This document shows positions 57,861 through 64,000 of a DNA stretch of 64,000 bases, in pieces. Source of the DNA: Verrucomicrobiia bacterium (lineage in GTDB: Bacteria > Verrucomicrobiota > Verrucomicrobiia > Limisphaerales > UBA1319); assembly GCA_963664225.1 (NCBI GenBank), contig OY760937.1:3136001-3200000 (forward strand). Reading direction: 5' to 3'. Position numbers and translations under genes: made by a program. Below the pieces are notes generated by a model. The model ran no database searches and had not been told where the DNA came from. It saw only the letters and a program-made list of their open reading frames with translations. The stretch's first letter is position 1. Each line of letters opens with the position of its first letter.

Positions 57861-58711
57861 GCGTCATCTGTTCCCGTTTTAAGTTGTTTTTGACCGTTGG
57901 AGTCCAACAGCCCATATCCCAGCCGTCCGGAAATTATTCTGGCGTGTTCCATGACCGTCGCGCCCACCCTGGCCAGATCCTCCAGGCGCATGCGTTCCAT
58001 CGGTCCCGTCGTCCAGATCGACGCGATGGGATAGCCATGCCGGTTAAAGACCGGCGCGGCCACGCAGTGAATGCCCGCCATTTGCTCGCCCCGGTCCAGG
58101 GCATAGCCCTGCGCCGCCACTTCATTCAATTCATGGATGTAAGTTTGGACGTCGCCAATGGTGCGTTCATTGAATCGTTTGAAAGAAATTTTCTTGAGGA
58201 CGGCCTCGCTCTCGGCGGAGGGCATCCAGGCGAGGATGGCCTTGCCCGGCGCAGCCACGTGCAGCGGCAGGCGCGCGCCCAGATCGACCGAGAATTTAAA
58301 GGGATGAGACCCCAGCACCTGCCCCAGCACCACCAGTTCGCTTTCGACAATGGTGCCAATAAGGACCGTTTCCCTGAGTTGGTCGCGCAGTTTCTTGAGG
58401 ATATCCACGGAGAGGGACATCAGGTCCTCCTCGGCAAGTGTCCGGCTGCCCATGGCCACCAGCTTGCGGCTCAGGCGCAGGGTCTTGGTTTCCTCGTCGC
58501 GCACCAGGTAGCCATATTCGACGAGGGTCATGGCAATGCGGTAAACACTGGTCTTGGCGCAATGCAGGAGGGCGGCGATTTCGGATTGCTGGAGGCCATC
58601 CGGGTAATCGAGCAAAAGCTCCATGAGCTTGAGGCCGCGCTCGAGATTGGGGACCTTATAACGGGATGCGGGCTCTTTATTGACTGGTTTTATGAGAGAC
58701 AGGGCGCGCAT
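57857..58711 (-). CDS. IclR family transcriptional regulator
   Basis: VPNLERGLKL HTH; LRETV, APGKAILA and GYALDRGE..GIHCVAAPV motifs. Confidence 0.93.
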   Translation of the reverse strand: MRALSLIKPVNKEPASRYKVPNLERGLKLMELLLDYPDGLQQSEIAALLHCAKTSVYRIAMTLVEYGYLVRDEETKTLRLSRKLVAMGSRTLAEEDLMSLSVDILKKLRDQLRETVLIGTIVESELVVLGQVLGSHPFKFSVDLGARLPLHVAAPGKAILAWMPSAESEAVLKKISFKRFNERTIGDVQTYIHELNEVAAQGYALDRGEQMAGIHCVAAPVFNRHGYPIASIWTTGPMERMRLEDLARVGATVMEHARIISGRLGYGLLDSNGQKQLKTGTDDA

Positions 58712-58712
58712 T

Positions 58713-58748
58713 AGTTCACTGGTAAAAAATAGTTTTGCCAGTGAAACT
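58713..58748. promoter_or_regulatory. Inverted repeat, candidate IclR operator
   Basis: TTCACTGG-TAAAA-AATAG-TTTTG-CCAGTGAA in the divergent promoter region; minus-strand TTGACA at 58767-72; extra CCAGTGA half-site near 58780. Confidence 0.55.
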
Positions 58749-58883
58749 GAATTGCCCTACGTTTTCTGTCAAGCGTGTTCCAGTGATTCTGCGCAAAAAT
58801 TGTTTTTTTGCCGCGTGAATCGAATCCTCTCGCGATTCGTCCTCTCATGAGGCACCATGACCGCTCACAACATTCATTGAATT

Positions 58884-60785
58884 ATGCGATTGCCCGCTTT
58901 GCAAAAGCTCCATTGGAGCCTGTTGTTCATCGCCATTTTGGCGATTCAAAAGGTTGACTCGGCGGTTGACTCCTCCGCAAAAACCGGCCCGGCGGACTGG
59001 AACGCGCCGGTGGCGCTGGCTGCGGGACCCGGTGGCGGCGAGCTTTTTGTGGCCTGCGCAAAGGCCAGTCGTGTGAGCGTGCTGGAAACCAGGGGATTCA
59101 CGGAGACGCGCTCAATCGCCCTTCCTGGGAATCCCTCCGGCCTGGCGCTATCCACGGATGGCAAAACGCTTTACGTCACCTGCTCGGGACCGGTGAGCGA
59201 GCTGGTGGTCATCGATGTTTCCGCCAATAAAATCCTGCGCGCCATCAAGGTAGGGCATACGGCGCAAAGCCCGGTGATTGCGCCCGACGGCGCTCTCGTT
59301 TATGTGTGCAACCGCTTTAATAACAGCGTTTCTGTGGTCGATCCCGCTGCGGGAAAGGAGCTTGCGCGCATTCCCGTGGAACGGGAACCGGTGTCGGCAG
59401 CGGTCACGCCGGATGGCAAATACCTCCTGGTCGCCAATCACCTGCATAATGGACGCTCGGACGAGGGAGTGGTGGCGGCCAAGATCAGCATCATCGACAC
59501 GGCCACCCGCAAGGTGACGAAGGAGCTGCAGTTGCCCAACGGCAGCGGTTTGCTGCATGACATCCGGATTTCGCCCGATGGCCATTATGCCTGCGTGGCG
59601 CATGTGCTGGCGCATTATCAGCTTCCCACCACGCAGCTCGAACGCGGCTGGATGAACAGCAATGCGATGACGCTGATCGATTTGTCGAACCTGACTCTCG
59701 TGAATACGGTGCTGCTGGATAATGTGGACAGCGGCGCGGCCAATCCCTGGGCGGTTGGCTGGTTGGCCGACGGCAAGACGTTGTTTGTGACGCACGCGGG
59801 AACGCATGAGCTGAGCCTCATCGATTTCCCGGCGGTGCTGGCCAAGCTGGCGAAACTGCCTGAGGCGCTGGTGAATCAGGATGCCGTGCAGGATGGGGAG
59901 GTTTCGCGAATCCAGTCCGATGTGCCCTCGGATCTGTCCTTCCTGGCGGGCGTGAGAATCCGGGTGCCGCTCAAGGGCAAAGGGGCGCGCTCGGCGGTGG
60001 TTTGCGGGGACCGCATCGTGGTGGCGGATTATTTTACCGATACGCTCGAAAGCATCGATCCCCGGAAGGACCAGGCGACGAGTCTTGTTCAATATCCGCT
60101 GGGAACCGGTCAGGCCATGTCGATCACCCGCAAGGGGGAATCGCTGTTCAACGATGCCACGCTCTGTTTTCAAGGCTGGCAGACGTGCGCCAGTTGCCAC
60201 ACGGACGATGCGCGCACGGACGCGCTGAACTGGGATTTGATCAACGACGGCATTGGCAATCCCAAGAACAGCAAGAGTCTGCTCTACTCGCACGCGACCC
60301 CGCCGGTGATGAGTTTGGGCATCCGCGAAAATGCCGAGGCCGCGGTGCGTTCCGGCATCCGCTATATTCAATTCACCACGCAGCCCGCCGAAGTTCCCGA
60401 GGCCATGGATGCCTGGCTGAAAACGATCAAAGCCACACCCAGCCCGCATCTTGAGAATGGTCATCTCTCCGCAGCGGCCCAGCGCGGGCAAAAAGTGTTC
60501 GAGAGCACTGAGGCCCGATGCGCCACCTGTCATAAGGGGACCTACATGACCGATCTGCAGCATCATGAAGTGGGCACGGCCTGCGCCACGGATAAACCGG
60601 GCGAACCGTTCGATACGCCCACGCTGCTGGAAATCTGGCGCACGGCTCCCTACCTGCATGATGGTTCCGCCGTCACGCTGCGGGAGATTTTGACTACGAA
60701 GAATCCCCAGGACCGCCATGGCCGGACTTCGCACCTGACACCCAAGCAGATCGACGATCTGGTGGAATACCTGCTCTCACTCTGA
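58884..60785 (+). CDS. YVTN beta-propeller fused to di-haem cytochrome c peroxidase/MauG-like domain
   Basis: Propeller repeats (LALSTDGKTLYVT, PDG..YVCN); CASCH and CATCH haem motifs; TPTL...TAPYLHDGS. Confidence 0.88.
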   Translation: MRLPALQKLHWSLLFIAILAIQKVDSAVDSSAKTGPADWNAPVALAAGPGGGELFVACAKASRVSVLETRGFTETRSIALPGNPSGLALSTDGKTLYVTCSGPVSELVVIDVSANKILRAIKVGHTAQSPVIAPDGALVYVCNRFNNSVSVVDPAAGKELARIPVEREPVSAAVTPDGKYLLVANHLHNGRSDEGVVAAKISIIDTATRKVTKELQLPNGSGLLHDIRISPDGHYACVAHVLAHYQLPTTQLERGWMNSNAMTLIDLSNLTLVNTVLLDNVDSGAANPWAVGWLADGKTLFVTHAGTHELSLIDFPAVLAKLAKLPEALVNQDAVQDGEVSRIQSDVPSDLSFLAGVRIRVPLKGKGARSAVVCGDRIVVADYFTDTLESIDPRKDQATSLVQYPLGTGQAMSITRKGESLFNDATLCFQGWQTCASCHTDDARTDALNWDLINDGIGNPKNSKSLLYSHATPPVMSLGIRENAEAAVRSGIRYIQFTTQPAEVPEAMDAWLKTIKATPSPHLENGHLSAAAQRGQKVFESTEARCATCHKGTYMTDLQHHEVGTACATDKPGEPFDTPTLLEIWRTAPYLHDGSAVTLREILTTKNPQDRHGRTSHLTPKQIDDLVEYLLSL

Positions 60786-60818
60786 AGATCCGCCGCGCCC
60801 GGGAGCGGTCCGTTGACC

Positions 60819-61487
60819 ATGCCAAACGCGATTCCAACTCCAGCCCCCACGCTGGTCTGCTTTGCCGTGCCCGAGGAGGCCCGGCCGTTCCAGAGGCTTC
60901 TGGGTTTGGGTCAGGCTCAAAGCCCTGCCGTACGCGTTGCCGTCTCGGGAATGGGTCGTCGGAATGCGCAGGCGATGATCGACGCGGAATTCAAAAAAGA
61001 ACGCCCCGGCCTGGTCCTGACCTGCGGTTACGCCGGGGCCTTGAATCCGGAGCTTGCCTTGGGTCAGATCGTTTTCTACGCGGATTCAAAAGTGCCGAAT
61101 GCCTCGCGCCTCGAAGCCTTGGGCGGGCGCGCCGTCCGGTTTCTGCACTCGGATACAATCGTGGTTACTGCGACCGATAAGGCACGGCTGCGCGCGGAAT
61201 CTGGTGCGGACGCGGTGGAGATGGAGTCCTCGATCATCCGCGCCGCGTGTCGCGATCAGGGCATTCCCAGCGCGACGGTGCGCGTCATTTCAGACACGGC
61301 CCTGGAGGACATGCCGCTGGACTTCAACGCCCTGCTGACCCCGGACCTGAAAATGAATTACCTGCGGTTGAGCGGGATGATTCTGAGTCATCCGCAGCGC
61401 ATTCCCGCGTTGTGGAAGTTCGGCAAGGAAACACGGAAGGCGGCGGAGGCCCTGGGGAATTTTCTGGTGAGGTTTATTGGAGCGTGA
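60819..61487 (+). CDS. Nucleoside phosphorylase family protein (PNP_UDP_1, HpnG-like)
   Basis: FAVPEE, SGMG, GYAGAL, AVEMES and VRVISD motifs. Confidence 0.8.
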   Translation: MPNAIPTPAPTLVCFAVPEEARPFQRLLGLGQAQSPAVRVAVSGMGRRNAQAMIDAEFKKERPGLVLTCGYAGALNPELALGQIVFYADSKVPNASRLEALGGRAVRFLHSDTIVVTATDKARLRAESGADAVEMESSIIRAACRDQGIPSATVRVISDTALEDMPLDFNALLTPDLKMNYLRLSGMILSHPQRIPALWKFGKETRKAAEALGNFLVRFIGA

Positions 61488-61647
61488 CGGAGGCGTTGTG
61501 GGGGAGGCGGGGAAATAACCACAGAGGCAAAGAGGCACGGAGAGACAAAGAACGGGTTATAAACATGGATAGACAGGATGGGCAGATTTTTAACCACGGA
61601 TTAGACGGATGGCACGGATAGGGACTTTAATTTCGAGACGGGATTAT

Positions 61648-63078
61648 TTACTCAGCGTATTCGAACCTCAAATCCAAAGTCACGGCTACTGGCTGTTGGA
61701 GATCCGATTTCTCTATGGCTTCAAAGAATTTGTAGATCAATGCGACCGCTGACGAGTCCGATAATAAATGCGTTTGAATCAACTTTAGGACGTAGGGAAC
61801 GCCGTAAGCCCTAAGTTCTGTGTCTCCCATTCTTTTAATAATCTGCAACTCTCCATTGATACCAGCTTCGATTTCGATTCCGCCGCGACGAAGGTCATCA
61901 ATTAAAAATACCGGGTTGTAGAGTGTCATTACGGCGAATTCCCTAAACAGCAAGGCTTCTATGACTTCAGCCTCCATCGGCCACCAAAAAAGCGGCCTCA
62001 TCCCCAGCAGCAAACTGTAGCGGCCGTTTGTAGGATATGGCAGCCAATCGAATCTAGGTCTGTAGTCTTTTAGAGAACGGTCCGTTATTCTGCGAATAAA
62101 TTGCGTGTTGTATAAGCGATCAACCACTCGTTTCTTTGACAACTTTGAGGTTAGGCGTGAATAAAGCGTATTTCCCTTGAGCCTAATCCCGACGAGGAGC
62201 AACCCTCTGTCAGCTTTGATCGAACCAATGGCTACCCGGACAGTTTGTCGGTAAAGATCGGCAACTTTTGAATGGAGGTAATCAGCCCCCATTTGCACAG
62301 GTGCGACTCCACTATTGAAGACAAGAGGCTTGAGTGCATCCTGAATCCCAACAATTTGGCGCTTGAGCCGCTCGAGCATCTGTGGCGGTAACGGCTGATA
62401 ACTGTGCTGCGTGGTCTGGTCTGAAGCTGTTTTGGGTAACCGCGATTTATTAAGCTTCGGCCCAACTAAATTTATGGTGACGACCAGCTCACTATCACCT
62501 ACAGCGCGGGTCTTGAGTTCCCCAATGCCAGCAACTATTCCTTCCGATAGATCGAAGAGGCTCACATCACCAATACGTAAAAATGTGGTAATTGAGTGGG
62601 CCAAAACAAAGTAATCCCCAAACATCGGGCATCCCCGAATAAAATGAATTTCGCCTCTACCGCCAATTCCAGTTGGTAGATGAGGATTTGCTTCGTGATT
62701 AGCGTGGTTCCGAAGCAACTCGTGTTCGTTTCGGTAAAATATCCACGCAAAAGAGTCTCCCATTACTTTACCCACATCCATAGCTTTGGTAATGAGTTTT
62801 CTATAACCACTGAGAATGTGAAGTCGATAACCAAACCATTTCTGATTCAAACCTGATTTGCGCGATATCAAATCTCTTTCCTCCTCACAAACTTCTTTGT
62901 AGAGCATCTCAAGGAAATATAGAGTGTTTCCGAGAGTTGGTTGAAAAGTGATGACAGCAACAAACACCTCTGCTTTAATGTCCACGCACCTGCGAATCGT
63001 TAACAATTTCAACCAACAATCTTTGAACGATTGTTCAGCCTCATCGAGCGCACCCTCTATTTGTTTCTGAGTTAGCAT
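61648..63078 (-). CDS. Hypothetical protein, possible PD-(D/E)XK nuclease
   Basis: 476-aa AT-richer ORF containing IGD-x15-ELK; located directly downstream of the MmeI-like gene. Confidence 0.65.
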   Translation of the reverse strand: MLTQKQIEGALDEAEQSFKDCWLKLLTIRRCVDIKAEVFVAVITFQPTLGNTLYFLEMLYKEVCEEERDLISRKSGLNQKWFGYRLHILSGYRKLITKAMDVGKVMGDSFAWIFYRNEHELLRNHANHEANPHLPTGIGGRGEIHFIRGCPMFGDYFVLAHSITTFLRIGDVSLFDLSEGIVAGIGELKTRAVGDSELVVTINLVGPKLNKSRLPKTASDQTTQHSYQPLPPQMLERLKRQIVGIQDALKPLVFNSGVAPVQMGADYLHSKVADLYRQTVRVAIGSIKADRGLLLVGIRLKGNTLYSRLTSKLSKKRVVDRLYNTQFIRRITDRSLKDYRPRFDWLPYPTNGRYSLLLGMRPLFWWPMEAEVIEALLFREFAVMTLYNPVFLIDDLRRGGIEIEAGINGELQIIKRMGDTELRAYGVPYVLKLIQTHLLSDSSAVALIYKFFEAIEKSDLQQPVAVTLDLRFEYAE

Positions 63079-63128
63079 ACTGTTGTGCCTCTTGCGCCCA
63101 GCCCACCTACACCAGATGGGTTCACCCA

Positions 63129-64000
63129 CTAATCAGCGTGCAAAGCTTTCTTATTTTGTACTTTCTTTGCGGTGATCAATGGGGCGGTGATTTTCTCGTA
63201 AAGGGCAAAGAGAAATTCAACGCGCTTGCGGTCGTTTTCAAAAGGCTCGGGGCGATAACATTTATCGACGGCCTTGTCCAAAGCAGCGTGGGCCGTCACC
63301 AGTTCCGGGGGCATGGTCAATGGATCGTAGAGATCGGCGAGCGTTGAACCGGGATATTGTGCGCGAGCGTCCAAGACACCTTGAGCCGCCGCTTCGACGG
63401 CCTTTTTCTGTTTTTCGGAAACATCCTGTGGCCATGGAAAGTTGTTATAGACAAGCCCGGCCGAGTAACGATATCGGCTTTCTAGGCGACCTGCCACGTA
63501 CCTCATCCATGCCATGTGCATTTGGGATGTGGTTACCCCGAAGGTATAAAGGCTCGCTTCGGGAATCGTGTAAAGAAGGTTTGAAGCGATAATGTCTTTT
63601 GTAAGGTATCCAATCGGAATATATCTTCGCGTTTCAGAGGAAACCTCAGGAACGGCCAGATAATCTGAATTGGGCTGGCGAAGCTCTGCAAAGATTGCCG
63701 GGGTTTCCGCCTGTTCGCGCGTCTTGGCCTTTGGGCTCTTTAGCCGGAAACTACGAACAGCTTCAACCCTTTCGAGTATACAAGAGTTATGTCGCCAAAC
63801 GCTCGGCGAGGCCCCCAAAAGCCACAGACAATACCTCTCGCCTCCATTGATTAATTCTTCGGAGCCTAACAAGCGGCGCACCAACGGTGTTACTTCAGGG
63901 TGATCGTTAAGGAGTTTTAAGCGCTCTTCCGGAGTTAGCATCAAGTTCCCACCGTCCACAGGTTTACTCCCATAGACCATTGGCTGGGCATTACATAGGG
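63129..64000 (-). CDS. MmeI/YeeA-like type IIL DNA methyltransferase, C-terminal part (5' end beyond window)
   Basis: GSKPVDGGNL, VSSETRRYIPIG, MHMAWMR.VAGRLESRYRYS...YNNFPWP and LADLYDPLTMP motifs. Confidence 0.9.
   Translation of the reverse strand, partial: LCNAQPMVYGSKPVDGGNLMLTPEERLKLLNDHPEVTPLVRRLLGSEELINGGERYCLWLLGASPSVWRHNSCILERVEAVRSFRLKSPKAKTREQAETPAIFAELRQPNSDYLAVPEVSSETRRYIPIGYLTKDIIASNLLYTIPEASLYTFGVTTSQMHMAWMRYVAGRLESRYRYSAGLVYNNFPWPQDVSEKQKKAVEAAAQGVLDARAQYPGSTLADLYDPLTMPPELVTAHAALDKAVDKCYRPEPFENDRKRVEFLFALYEKITAPLITAKKVQNKKALHAD

Noticed and set aside
53877..60785. True anammox hydrazine synthase
   Set aside because: Extra FGE domain, divergent arrangement, sugar-gene context and no other anammox genes.

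Overview
GC-rich bacterial chromosomal window, probably Verrucomicrobiota/PVC (inferred from gene content, secreted-protein C-terminal domains and repeat types). It contains ordinary genes (DUF4139, GH106, SMR, RRM, pgsA-like, comEC, pabA/trpG, two peroxiredoxins, ffh, tRNA-Tyr, beta-CASP RNase, ileS, ABC-F) and four notable areas. (1) Two tandem, module-shuffled BspA/LRR_5 surface-protein paralogues follow tRNA-Tyr. (2) A nested mobile-DNA system lies at 35-48 kb: short non-coding cassettes with related terminal inverted repeats (two with perfect 9-bp target duplications) carry REP-like hairpins, and three RNA-guided elements have inserted into those hairpins. These are two unrelated IS110 elements whose bridge-RNA guide segments can be read against their own junctions, and an ORF-less group IIC intron. 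(3) An IclR-centred cluster pairs a hydrazine-synthase-alpha-like/FGE haem protein with a divergent beta-propeller/di-haem cytochrome c peroxidase-like protein, upstream of sugar isomerase, DhaK/DhaL and LsrF genes. (4) At the right edge an MmeI-like methyltransferase is followed by an AT-richer putative PD-(D/E)XK nuclease, a candidate defence locus. All calls come from motif recognition by eye; no searches were run.
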